A DNA stretch of 64,000 nucleotides from Ignavibacteriota bacterium (GCA_026390735.1 JAPLFJ010000038.1:5062-69061), one strand, 5' to 3'. Shown: positions 20,661-29,509, counted from the first letter of the stretch. Notes: generated by a model not told the origin, from the letters alone. Made by a program: numbers and translations.

Positions 20661-21444
20661 TAGTAAACTCCGATCTGATTGTCCACAAATCTTCGAACAA
20701 AGGTTTGAACAATGTTGCCTGTAAATATTTTATACCGTCGGAACCGCCCGTTCCCATCTTAGCACCGATAGTTCTTTCCACCATTTTAACGTGCCTGTAC
20801 CGCCATTCCTGCATACCTTCGTCGAAGTCAACCATCAATTCACAAAGTGTGGCAATAACGGGAGAGTTTTTATAGATACCGAGTAACATCTTCTGAATTT
20901 CCTTGTTAGGTTCAATCGGTTTTGTAATATCCCTGTTTAATACTTCTTCAGGAATCGTATAATCATTAATAGTAAGGAAGCTCAGGAAATAATCCCAGAA
21001 AGTTTTCTCTTCAAATCTCTGAGCTAATTTCGCGTAAGCCTTACTTCCCTTTTCAAACCTGTCCAGTACATTTAGATTTTTCTTTCCGAGCATGAATTCC
21101 AGTTCTCTGAACTGATAAGACTGAAAGCCGCTTGCCGACTGAAGATAATCGCGGAACGAAAGAAACTCCAGCGGAGTCATAGTTTCCAGAATATCCACCT
21201 GATGAACAATTACTTTCAGTATAGTGTTGATTCTTTTCTGTGTCTTTATTGCAGTCATCACATCATTCTCGCCAAGTTTCTTAATCAGATGGTCAAGTTC
21301 GTGAATAATCTGTTTAAACCATAGTTCATACGCCTGATGAATTATGATAAACAGCATTTCATCGTGCTCATTCGGTTTTGAACAAAGCTCCTGCAGGTCA
21401 GTAAGCTCGTCAATTTTTAAGTAAGTTGAGTATGTTAACTCCAT
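20653..21444 (-). CDS. kynA: Tryptophan 2,3-dioxygenase
   Basis: 263 aa. YLKIDELTDLQ...EHDEMLFIIIHQAYELWFKQIIHELD and SGFQSYQFRELE match the bacterial TDO pattern. Confidence 0.85.
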   Translation of the reverse strand: MELTYSTYLKIDELTDLQELCSKPNEHDEMLFIIIHQAYELWFKQIIHELDHLIKKLGENDVMTAIKTQKRINTILKVIVHQVDILETMTPLEFLSFRDYLQSASGFQSYQFRELEFMLGKKNLNVLDRFEKGSKAYAKLAQRFEEKTFWDYFLSFLTINDYTIPEEVLNRDITKPIEPNKEIQKMLLGIYKNSPVIATLCELMVDFDEGMQEWRYRHVKMVERTIGAKMGTGGSDGIKYLQATLFKPLFEDLWTIRSEFTND

Positions 21445-21541
21445 AAATTTGTTTCTCCTTTTGTTTTTCAGTTTAAATTGGAAAATTCAGCGTTAAAAAT
21501 CAATTTAATAGCAAAGTGGAATAATATTTTCAGGAATATTA

Positions 21542-21648
21542 ACCGCAAAGTACGCTAAGAGCGCAAAGAATAAAAGAGAAATATAAAATACATTTTGATA
21601 AAAAGATTCTTTTATAATAAACTTTGCGACCTTGGCGACCTTTGCGGT
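21542..21648. repeat. Imperfect 27-nt inverted repeat (GC-rich arms, AT-rich 53-nt spacer) in the kynA/truA divergent intergenic region
   Basis: Arm 21542-21568 accgcaaagtacgctaagagcgcaaag versus the reverse complement of 21622-21648 accgcaaaggtcgccaaggtcgcaaag: 22/27 identical. Confidence 0.85.
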
Positions 21649-21732
21649 GGAAGGATATACTATTTGTTTTGATTATTTATATCGGATTATTATTTCTGTG
21701 TATTTTTGAAAAGAATAACGATAAATTGCACT

Positions 21733-22476
21733 ATGAAGTATAAAATATATTTAGAGTACAACGGCACTAACTATGCCGGCTGGCAGCAGCAGAAAAATGC
21801 AAAGACAGTTCAGGGAACATTGATTGATACAATCAAAACGATCTTTAAGAATTCCAAAGGTGAAAGCCATTTCATTGATTTGCAGGGTTCGGGAAGGACT
21901 GACAGAGGTGTTCACGCTATTGAACAGGTTGCACATCTTGAATGCGAAACTATGCTTGCTCCCGAAATACTTAAGCAAAAGATGAATGATATTCTTTCTT
22001 CCGATATAAACATTCTGGAAATTGAAAAGACTTACGATAGGTTTCACGCACGTCATTCGGCAATATCAAGACAGTACGTTTATAAAATTTCCAAGCGCCG
22101 AACTGCTTTCGAGAAAAGATATGTCTGGTGGGTGAAAGATGAACTTGATGTAGAAAGAATGCAGAAGGCGGGAGAAATGTTTGTTGGTATGAATAACTTT
22201 AAATCGTTTTCCGAGAAATCGGATGAAGATAAATCAACTTTAGTCAAGGTTGAGTCGGTTGAGATTACTGAAGATGCAGACAAGATTTATATTCGCATCA
22301 AATCTTCTCACTTCCTCTGGAAGATGGTTCGCAGGCTGGTTGGGGTGCTTGTGGAAGTCGGCAGAGGAAATTTCAATCGCAGCGAGATAGAACTTCTTTT
22401 AAAAGAATATTCCGAAGAGCCTGCAAAATACACGGCTCCTCCATCAGGGTTGTTTTTAGAAAAAATATATTATTAA
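21733..22476 (+). CDS. truA: tRNA pseudouridine(38-40) synthase
   Basis: MKYKIYLEYNGTNYAGWQ and catalytic GSGRTDRGVHA. The track ORF starts at an upstream TTG (21706); ATG 21733 fits the family N-terminus better. Confidence 0.9.
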   Translation: MKYKIYLEYNGTNYAGWQQQKNAKTVQGTLIDTIKTIFKNSKGESHFIDLQGSGRTDRGVHAIEQVAHLECETMLAPEILKQKMNDILSSDINILEIEKTYDRFHARHSAISRQYVYKISKRRTAFEKRYVWWVKDELDVERMQKAGEMFVGMNNFKSFSEKSDEDKSTLVKVESVEITEDADKIYIRIKSSHFLWKMVRRLVGVLVEVGRGNFNRSEIELLLKEYSEEPAKYTAPPSGLFLEKIYY

Positions 22477-22494
22477 TTAAATAATTTCAGGGGT

Positions 22495-23511
22495 ATGAAA
22501 AAACTTTCTACAATTTTATTAATTGTTATCTTTCTTGGTACAAACATTCAAATAGCAAATTCAACTTTTTCCATCTGTGCAGTTGACCCTGTAACGGGAC
22601 AGGTTGGAAGTGCAGGTGCTTCGTGCATCGCTAACTGTTTAATCTTAAGTTACATTCAGCCAAACTGGGGCGTTGCTCATATACAGGCATCGTGGACTCA
22701 GGCAAATTATAACAATGCAATGAGAATGATGCTCTTAAAGTATTCACCTACAATGATTCGTGACTCTGTTGTGCTTCAGGATGCAACTCCTACGGTCAGA
22801 CAGTATGGTATTGTTGATTTAGTCGGCGGCGGAAGGGTTGCTGCTTACACAGGAACAGGCTGTACGAATTACAAAGGGCATAAAATGGGTCCGAATTATT
22901 CCATTCAGGGAAATATATTACTTGGTTCACAGATTCTTGATTCTATAGAAGCAAGATTTTTAAGACAAACAGGAACACTTGCCGATAAACTTATGGCAGC
23001 ATTGCAGGGTGCAAAAGTTGTTGGTGCCGATACAAGATGCGCAGGTTCAGGAAGGTCTACAATTTCTTCTTTTCTTCGAGTCAGAAAGCCCGGGGATACT
23101 ATAGGTACAAAGTACATTGAATTGATTGTCCCAAGCACACAGGCAAATCACGACCCTATAGATTCATTACAGGTATTGTACAATCAGTGGTTACTGACTA
23201 ATGTAAATTCTGTTCAGGAAGAAATTCCAACGAGTCCCGAACTCTTTCAGAATTTCCCGAATCCTTTTAATCCCGTAACAAAGATAAAATTCAGCGTACC
23301 GACTGCAAGCTTTGTATCGCTGAAAGTTTATGATGCACTCGGCAGAAACATTTCAAATCTTTTAAATGAAAACATGAATCCCGGTGTTTACTTCTCCCCT
23401 TTCAACGGCTCAGACCTAAACAGCGGAGTATATTTCTACACACTCGAAACAAAAGATTTAAACTCAGGAAAGATTTACAAAGAAGCAAAGAAAATGCTTA
23501 TAGTGAAGTAG
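22495..23511 (+). CDS. Secreted DUF1028-like (Ntn-hydrolase fold) protein with T9SS-type C-terminal domain
   Basis: Signal peptide, then TFSICAVDPVTGQVGSAGASC, typical of the DUF1028 N-terminal nucleophile. C-terminus has QNFPNPFNPVTKIKF...SGVYFYTL. Confidence 0.6.
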   Translation: MKKLSTILLIVIFLGTNIQIANSTFSICAVDPVTGQVGSAGASCIANCLILSYIQPNWGVAHIQASWTQANYNNAMRMMLLKYSPTMIRDSVVLQDATPTVRQYGIVDLVGGGRVAAYTGTGCTNYKGHKMGPNYSIQGNILLGSQILDSIEARFLRQTGTLADKLMAALQGAKVVGADTRCAGSGRSTISSFLRVRKPGDTIGTKYIELIVPSTQANHDPIDSLQVLYNQWLLTNVNSVQEEIPTSPELFQNFPNPFNPVTKIKFSVPTASFVSLKVYDALGRNISNLLNENMNPGVYFSPFNGSDLNSGVYFYTLETKDLNSGKIYKEAKKMLIVK

Positions 23512-23534
23512 GAAAAGTAGTTTATGTATAAAAC

Positions 23535-23567
23535 AAAAGCCCGTTATTATAAATAACGGGCTTTTTT
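23535..23567 (+). terminator. Rho-independent terminator
   Basis: aaaagcccgttat-tataa-ataacgggctttttt. Confidence 0.85.
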
Positions 23568-23589
23568 AATTTTTGTCTTTTTCTAATCT

Positions 23590-23616
23590 GTCTTTCCAGC
23601 GAAAGCTGGAATCCAG
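23590..23616. repeat. 27-nt hairpin repeat, copy A (left border of AT-rich block)
   Basis: gtctttccagcgaaagctggaatccag. 24/27 identical to the reverse complement of 29510-29536. Two of the three differences are compensatory within the stem. Confidence 0.85.
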
Positions 23617-23627
23617 ATTGTATATTT

Positions 23628-25658
23628 TTACCTAGCTATTGTATAAGACATTAATTCTTTTTCAGTTTCAAAATTAGATTGAGTAATAGCCGACCTAACT
23701 AAAACCAAACCAATATCGGGAGCATAATATTCTTTATAATAATCTTTACCAATGACCAAACAATTATAAAAAGTCCCCGCACTAGTAATTACTCTTTCTT
23801 CATATCCTAAAAATCTTAATTGAAAGCCATAGACTATCCATTTAGTAAGACCGTCCAAAGGAAAGGCAATTTTAGTATAAGAATATTCACCTATCATTTT
23901 ATTGTAACCTTTATAAATTAATTTGTTGTTATCTAATAAATAAGTCCCACTTTCTTTTAAATATACTTGATTTACTTGATAAGCGGAATAATTAATATAA
24001 TAATTTATTAAGACTTTTGCATAATTATTTCCATCATCCTCCCCAAAGACGTCTTCTAAATACGAAGCAGAATTATTTACTTGCCAATATAATAATTTAC
24101 TCCCTATCTTATGAGAAGGAAAATATTTATTGATAATCCGCAAATCATCATCTGACAACTTATATGAAAGTGTTTTAAGTCTTTCTAAGTTAGTTTTGTA
24201 TAATTCTTTTGGTTCAATTTCATATGCTTTTTCATAATATTCATTAGCCTTTTCATAATTCTTTTGTTTATCATAAATAACCCCGATATTATTGTAGGCA
24301 ATACTTGAACTTGGATTTATTCTTATACATTCAAGATAATAATGCAAAGCTTCTTCAACATTCCCGATTTTATCATAGCAATATGCAGTCCGAAATGTAA
24401 TTTTTAAATCTATTACATTATAATCTTTTTCTAATTTTAAATATTCTAAAAGTGCTTTATCGAATGATTTCGATTCATAATACTCGTCTGCATTATCAGA
24501 AATTTTCTCAATTTCTTTCTTTATCTTTAAATCTTCTTGATCTTTAACATAATTTTTTTCCCTATCACTATTAATAATATTATTATCATAAATATTAAAA
24601 CTATATAAATTGTCCGTTAATATATAACAATTGCCATTTGATTGAACTTCTACCGAACGTATATAATCTCCTATAATCAAATCAATCGATTCATATGATT
24701 TACCTCCATCTAATGTTCTGAATAAAAGATTCTCATTTAACCAAATTAACCCAACATCTTTATTAATAAATTTAAATTTTACATTAAAATTATTGTTAAG
24801 CTCTTTAATAGGAATCCAACCAGACCCGCCGTTAGTTGTTTTTAACAAATAACCTTTAAATTCTTCTCCATTAATTATTTTTGTGCAATAAACATATCCA
24901 TTACTCTGATCCAAAAATTGAGGTTCATAAATATCTTGATATTCTTTTAAACCGTTTGCTCTTTCCCAGCTTTCTCCACCATCTTTTGTTTTAAACCAAA
25001 AGACATTACTATAGTTACTGGATTTAAATCTACCTCTGGCTTCTTCAACATTTAATCTTCCATAGCAAAATCCATTATAACTATCTAAGAAATATATTCT
25101 ACAATCGTTTGAAGCAAATTCATCCTTTTTCTTAATCTTTAAAATATTATTAAAATTGAAGAAAAATTGAGAATCCCAATTTCTTCCATAGTCCTTTGAT
25201 TTGTAGATAATATAGTCATCATAATTATTATCCTCAAAATCTATTTTCTTTATTTCGTTACTAAATTTTTCTGGAAACATATATTCGGCCAACCCTTCAG
25301 CCATTTTCCATGATATTCCTCCATCAAAGGACCATAAATAAACATCTCCAACACCATATTCATGGATTAATGCTATGATATTGTCTTTTATGAATAATCG
25401 ATGAAAAATATTCTCTTTGCCATATAATATCTTTATCTCTGAGTAAGTTACGAAATTATCAGAAGATTTAAATAGTCTTGATTTATTAAGACTATCATCT
25501 TCGATTAATAAAAAGCACAGACTATTATTTGATACTTTAATATCTAAGAAACTATCGCTATAAACTGGAATCGGGAGATTAATTGTTCTAATGTTTTGTC
25601 CAAAAGATACTTGACTAATAAACAGCATAACTAATACATAAATCGTTTCTTTCTTCAT
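23628..25658 (-). CDS. Secreted BNR-like beta-propeller + TPR + C-terminal beta-rich domain protein
   Basis: Signal peptide MKKETIYVLVMLFISQVSFGQ (internal Met preferred over track start 25691). Blades SFDGGISW, SKDYGRNW, TKDGGESW, TTNGGSGW and TLDGGKSY. TPR-like segment ALHYYLECIRINPSSSIAYNNIGVIYDKQKNYEKANEYYEKAYEIEP. Confidence 0.7.
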   Translation of the reverse strand: MKKETIYVLVMLFISQVSFGQNIRTINLPIPVYSDSFLDIKVSNNSLCFLLIEDDSLNKSRLFKSSDNFVTYSEIKILYGKENIFHRLFIKDNIIALIHEYGVGDVYLWSFDGGISWKMAEGLAEYMFPEKFSNEIKKIDFEDNNYDDYIIYKSKDYGRNWDSQFFFNFNNILKIKKKDEFASNDCRIYFLDSYNGFCYGRLNVEEARGRFKSSNYSNVFWFKTKDGGESWERANGLKEYQDIYEPQFLDQSNGYVYCTKIINGEEFKGYLLKTTNGGSGWIPIKELNNNFNVKFKFINKDVGLIWLNENLLFRTLDGGKSYESIDLIIGDYIRSVEVQSNGNCYILTDNLYSFNIYDNNIINSDREKNYVKDQEDLKIKKEIEKISDNADEYYESKSFDKALLEYLKLEKDYNVIDLKITFRTAYCYDKIGNVEEALHYYLECIRINPSSSIAYNNIGVIYDKQKNYEKANEYYEKAYEIEPKELYKTNLERLKTLSYKLSDDDLRIINKYFPSHKIGSKLLYWQVNNSASYLEDVFGEDDGNNYAKVLINYYINYSAYQVNQVYLKESGTYLLDNNKLIYKGYNKMIGEYSYTKIAFPLDGLTKWIVYGFQLRFLGYEERVITSAGTFYNCLVIGKDYYKEYYAPDIGLVLVRSAITQSNFETEKELMSYTIAR

Positions 25659-25712
25659 AAGATTATAATATAAATGAGTAAAATTATTCAATAATTCATA
25701 TTTTATTATTAA

Positions 25713-26108
25713 TTAATTGTCATTCAAATTGGATTCTTTAAAACTATTATTTAATTCCCATTCACAGTTTTTATCAACTGGATCATATTTATCTAGCCCT
25801 CTATTATATATTTCGTCAAATACCTCTTCTAAATTAATATGTCGTTCAAAACTAACCCGATAAAGTGTTGCAGGGTTAATTTTGAAATTATAATTTATTG
25901 TTGGTACATATTCCCAAACATCCCCTTTTTGTTCTTTTTCGATATAAACACTTATAGGATTATTATCAAACTGACCCTTAAGAAATATAGAGAAATAATC
26001 GGCATCATTTATTCTTATGTCAAAACGTATTTTACCTATTTTGTCGGAATATTTCTTGGCAAGATAATCTAAATCTAGTCTTTCAATTGAATTCATTTCT
26101 TTGTTCAA
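25713..26108 (-). CDS. Hypothetical protein (131 aa), no motif recognised
   Basis: Long ORF co-oriented with and closely spaced to its neighbours. Very AT-rich. Confidence 0.5.
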   Translation of the reverse strand: MNKEMNSIERLDLDYLAKKYSDKIGKIRFDIRINDADYFSIFLKGQFDNNPISVYIEKEQKGDVWEYVPTINYNFKINPATLYRVSFERHINLEEVFDEIYNRGLDKYDPVDKNCEWELNNSFKESNLNDN

Positions 26109-26161
26109 ATAGTTTGTATTAATTATTCTATTAGTTATTTAACTAAAATCCACAGAAAACA

Positions 26162-27619
26162 TTAATGCTTATACTGTTCTGCTCTAAGCAGTGAAGCAAC
26201 TGTTATTGGTACGATTTCTATTTCGCCGTCTTTATCAAGTCTGCGGATTTCCGTCATTGCATCTTTTGTGAAGTCGAACGAAACGAAGTATCCTTTTATT
26301 CTTCCGTCTCTGCGAATTGCTGTTTGAAATGAATCTATGTCTGGTCTCCCGACTTTATCCATTTGCTTCACCTGAACAGGATAGTATTTGTCTGTATCGC
26401 CGAATAAATCCTTTTCTTCTTTCTTCTTCTTTTCAAGTTCTACGGGATAAAGCTTTCCGTCTATACCAAAGTCACCGGATTTAATTTTATTCGGAATGCC
26501 GGACATATTTGTAAGTTGTCCAAGAGCGATGACGGCCCAGTTCTGAAATTCAAAATGCGGAAGGATTCGAAGGTCTTCTTCAGTTTTCGGAAGATCATCC
26601 ACCCAAAAATCTGTTCCCTCACGAAGTTTATACAATTCATAAAGTCTTTGTCCCATCACACGGCAGGCAGTTGGGGAAATATCCACTCCAATCCATTTAC
26701 GATTTAGTCTTTGAGCGGCAACGAGAGTTGTTCCGCATCCGCAAAAAGCATCAAGAACGACATCACCTTTGTTAGAACTTGCATTTATAATTCTTTCCAT
26801 TAATGCAATTGGTTTTTGTGTAGGATAGCCAAGTCGTTCTTTGGCGGACGGACTAAGAGATTCAATGTCATCCCATAATGTTTGTATTGAAACTCCTTTC
26901 CCATCTTCAAGATATAGTTTTCTTTGCGGAACCGTTCCCGGCTTCGTTTGAACTACTAAACCGTCCTCAATTAATTTATTCATTTTCTCTTTTGAATATC
27001 TCCAATATTTCGATACACCTAATACTTCATAAAAAGGATTGCCTTTCGAACTTCCACCAGGACCAATCATGCTTATAAGTCTATATCTGCGACCATCACT
27101 TTCTTTATATTTATAAAAATTATCGAGATATTCAGAAGTGTACTCTTTAAACATTGGGTTAAATGTATAATCTGTCGTTTTTGTATAAAAGAATATATTA
27201 TCAATATTTGGGCTCCATAATTTACTGCCTTGTCCAAAATTACCTTTTACGGTATTTGCTCTCTTCCAAATTATTTCATTCCTAAAATAATTAAACCCAA
27301 ATATCTCATCAAGCATAATCTTAACGTAATGCGAGGCGTGCCAGTCGCAATGATAATAAAAACTTCCAGTCTTTTTAAGCACACGATAAATCTCACTTAC
27401 TCTCGGTCGCATATAATTAATGTATTCCTGAGCATCGCCAAACCTGTCATTGAAAGCTCTTTTCTCCTGCACGTCTCCCCAGAACACTTCATAATTCCTG
27501 TTGGAATTAAAAGGAGGGTCAATATAGCAAAGGTCAATACTCTCATCGGGCAAATCTTTTAACATCTTGATGTTATCCCCGCAATAAATCGTCTGTGTCT
27601 TTAATTGGTATGAGGTCAT
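26162..27619 (-). CDS. Beta-class N6A/N4C DNA methyltransferase fused to a C-terminal Mrr-type PD-(D/E)xK restriction-endonuclease-like domain
   Basis: Motif IV IDPPFNSN lies near the N-terminus and motif I VLDAFCGCGTTLVAAQRLNRKWIGVDISP comes later (order IV->I, beta class, PF01555-like). The C-terminal approx 150 aa read FEFQNWAVIALG...GDFGIDGKL...YPVQVKQ...KGYFVSFDFTKDA, matching the Mrr_cat pattern (D...QxK). Confidence 0.85.
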   Translation of the reverse strand: MTSYQLKTQTIYCGDNIKMLKDLPDESIDLCYIDPPFNSNRNYEVFWGDVQEKRAFNDRFGDAQEYINYMRPRVSEIYRVLKKTGSFYYHCDWHASHYVKIMLDEIFGFNYFRNEIIWKRANTVKGNFGQGSKLWSPNIDNIFFYTKTTDYTFNPMFKEYTSEYLDNFYKYKESDGRRYRLISMIGPGGSSKGNPFYEVLGVSKYWRYSKEKMNKLIEDGLVVQTKPGTVPQRKLYLEDGKGVSIQTLWDDIESLSPSAKERLGYPTQKPIALMERIINASSNKGDVVLDAFCGCGTTLVAAQRLNRKWIGVDISPTACRVMGQRLYELYKLREGTDFWVDDLPKTEEDLRILPHFEFQNWAVIALGQLTNMSGIPNKIKSGDFGIDGKLYPVELEKKKKEEKDLFGDTDKYYPVQVKQMDKVGRPDIDSFQTAIRRDGRIKGYFVSFDFTKDAMTEIRRLDKDGEIEIVPITVASLLRAEQYKH

Positions 27620-28431
27620 GATACGAAATCGCTTAATTTTAATATTTCTAATTCTTTATAAAAATTATGTTTGTTCTTAATTTGTAAAATTTGATTAGTC
27701 ATATCTTTTTCCAAGAAAACTGAATCAACATAGGGAAAAGCACTTGAAATATAAACATCATTAACATCCGAAGGCTTAGGCTTTCTATGTTTCAAATAGA
27801 ATTTGTAAAATCTAATCAATGTCATAGATTTTAAAGATAAAAACTTATCATAATTTAATGGTTCTCTTAATTTAATCTTATTATCAACAAATTCTTTATA
27901 AATGCCAAATAATATATTATGCATTTCGGAAGTTAGCCAATTATTAATATATCGTTTTTCCAAGAATATATTTTCACTTGGGTAACTATTTGATTTCTTT
28001 ACCATAGCATTGAGCACAAATGGTTTAAGATCTCTATTCCTTTTGAAATTTTCTGAAATAATATTTTGAGTGAATATATCTTTAAATTCCTTATAATAAT
28101 CAGCACCTTTAAGCATATTTACGAAAATTAGTATTGGATCAATTTTATAATTATCGTTTTCATAATTATTAATTTCTTCATCTAATAACATTTCATCGGT
28201 TTTTAATAATATTGTAGGCATAATACTGGTATAACTTATGAATTCTTCGAATATATCTTTACAAATTTCCATTTCCTCAATATTCTTAATCGAATAACAG
28301 AATAATCTCTGCTCTTGTAGGAACTTTGGAACAATAAACGAACCTAATTCCTCTTTGAACTTCAAAAGTTCGCTAATAATACAAGTGTCAACTAAACATA
28401 ACTTATAATATAATCCGCCTAATTCAATCAA
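27616..28431 (-). CDS. Hypothetical protein, tentative PIN-like nuclease with large insert
   Basis: 271 aa. N-terminal CLVDTCIISELL and C-terminal DVNDVYISSAFPYVDSVFLEKD resemble the first and last acidic strands of PIN domains. Stop overlaps the MTase start (ATGA at 27616-27619). Confidence 0.4.
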   Translation of the reverse strand: MIELGGLYYKLCLVDTCIISELLKFKEELGSFIVPKFLQEQRLFCYSIKNIEEMEICKDIFEEFISYTSIMPTILLKTDEMLLDEEINNYENDNYKIDPILIFVNMLKGADYYKEFKDIFTQNIISENFKRNRDLKPFVLNAMVKKSNSYPSENIFLEKRYINNWLTSEMHNILFGIYKEFVDNKIKLREPLNYDKFLSLKSMTLIRFYKFYLKHRKPKPSDVNDVYISSAFPYVDSVFLEKDMTNQILQIKNKHNFYKELEILKLSDFVS

Positions 28432-28449
28432 TTTTTATAATAGCCATAT

Positions 28450-29043
28450 TTAATTAAAATCATCATTTTGCTCTGCGTAATCATTGTCTTCTTTATATTC
28501 CTCAACTAACTGAATTGTAAATTCAACAAGGACTTGTCTTTCATAATCAGTCAAGTATTGTATAAGTTTTTCAAGTTTCTCAATACTTGTATTTCCAATA
28601 AGATTTTCGTCATTGTCTTCCAAGTTTTCACTATTATATGGCGCCGAAGGAATATATTCTATTAGTTGAAATAAATCTTCAATAGTATCAGCACCAATAA
28701 AATCTCTTATCATTTCTTGAATAATTGGTAATTGATCAATTCTATCATCCGTATCTTTTCTTTTAAACTTTCTTCTTGCATGCTTTGGGATTGTTCCTTC
28801 CAAAGTATTTACTTCTGGCTCTATTAATTTATATTCTTCTTCTTTAGGTGATACTTCATCTATAGGCAATTTATCTGCACTCGGTAATTCCTCTTTAGGA
28901 ATCTCAACTTCCTTCCTTAATACCTCTATTGGTAATTCTTCTTCCAATATAAGATTTGAATATTCTAGTTTCTTTCGCTTTATGTATTTAGCAAAACCAA
29001 TAAAGCCCATTGATAGTACTAATATTGCAAATAACTTTTTCAT
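28450..29043 (-). CDS. Membrane-anchored, strongly acidic protein (single N-terminal TM)
   Basis: 197 aa. MKKLFAILVLSMGFIGFA followed by KYIKRKK, then E/D/P-rich sequence with EELP-type repeats. Confidence 0.55.
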   Translation of the reverse strand: MKKLFAILVLSMGFIGFAKYIKRKKLEYSNLILEEELPIEVLRKEVEIPKEELPSADKLPIDEVSPKEEEYKLIEPEVNTLEGTIPKHARRKFKRKDTDDRIDQLPIIQEMIRDFIGADTIEDLFQLIEYIPSAPYNSENLEDNDENLIGNTSIEKLEKLIQYLTDYERQVLVEFTIQLVEEYKEDNDYAEQNDDFN

Positions 29044-29429
29044 AATTGTTTTGTTAAATGTAATAATATTTGTTCAAATAGTGAGTCAAGTGATGGTTTA
29101 AACGTACTTGATTTAGAAAACTCAGGATTTGTTTCGATCAAATTATTTGCGAATCTAATACGCATAATATCGCCTATTGATTTTGAAATTGATTCTATTT
29201 TATTTACAGGGAAATAGAAAGTCTCAAAGTGTTCGTTTTCAAAAACAAAGTAGATTAATAAATTATTTTCGAAGTACAATAATTTATTACTTTTTACTTC
29301 CTTATATGCATGTTCAAAATAATAATCTTTATTTCCTTTTAAATGATTCGTTAGTTCAGTATGAACATCAACATTTAGTAAATGTTTAGATGTTCTACTT
29401 AATAAATCCCATATTTTATCTGCTTTCAT
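29040..29429 (-). CDS. Hypothetical protein (129 aa), first gene of the cassette
   Basis: Stop overlaps the next start (ATGA at 29040-29043). No motif recognised. Confidence 0.5.
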   Translation of the reverse strand: MKADKIWDLLSRTSKHLLNVDVHTELTNHLKGNKDYYFEHAYKEVKSNKLLYFENNLLIYFVFENEHFETFYFPVNKIESISKSIGDIMRIRFANNLIETNPEFSKSSTFKPSLDSLFEQILLHLTKQL

Positions 29430-29509
29430 TTTTGTATTCTTTAATTTATTACAAACTTATGAAATCAATTTCAGTTTTCATTATCATTTCGTGATAATTT
29501 TTAAAGACT

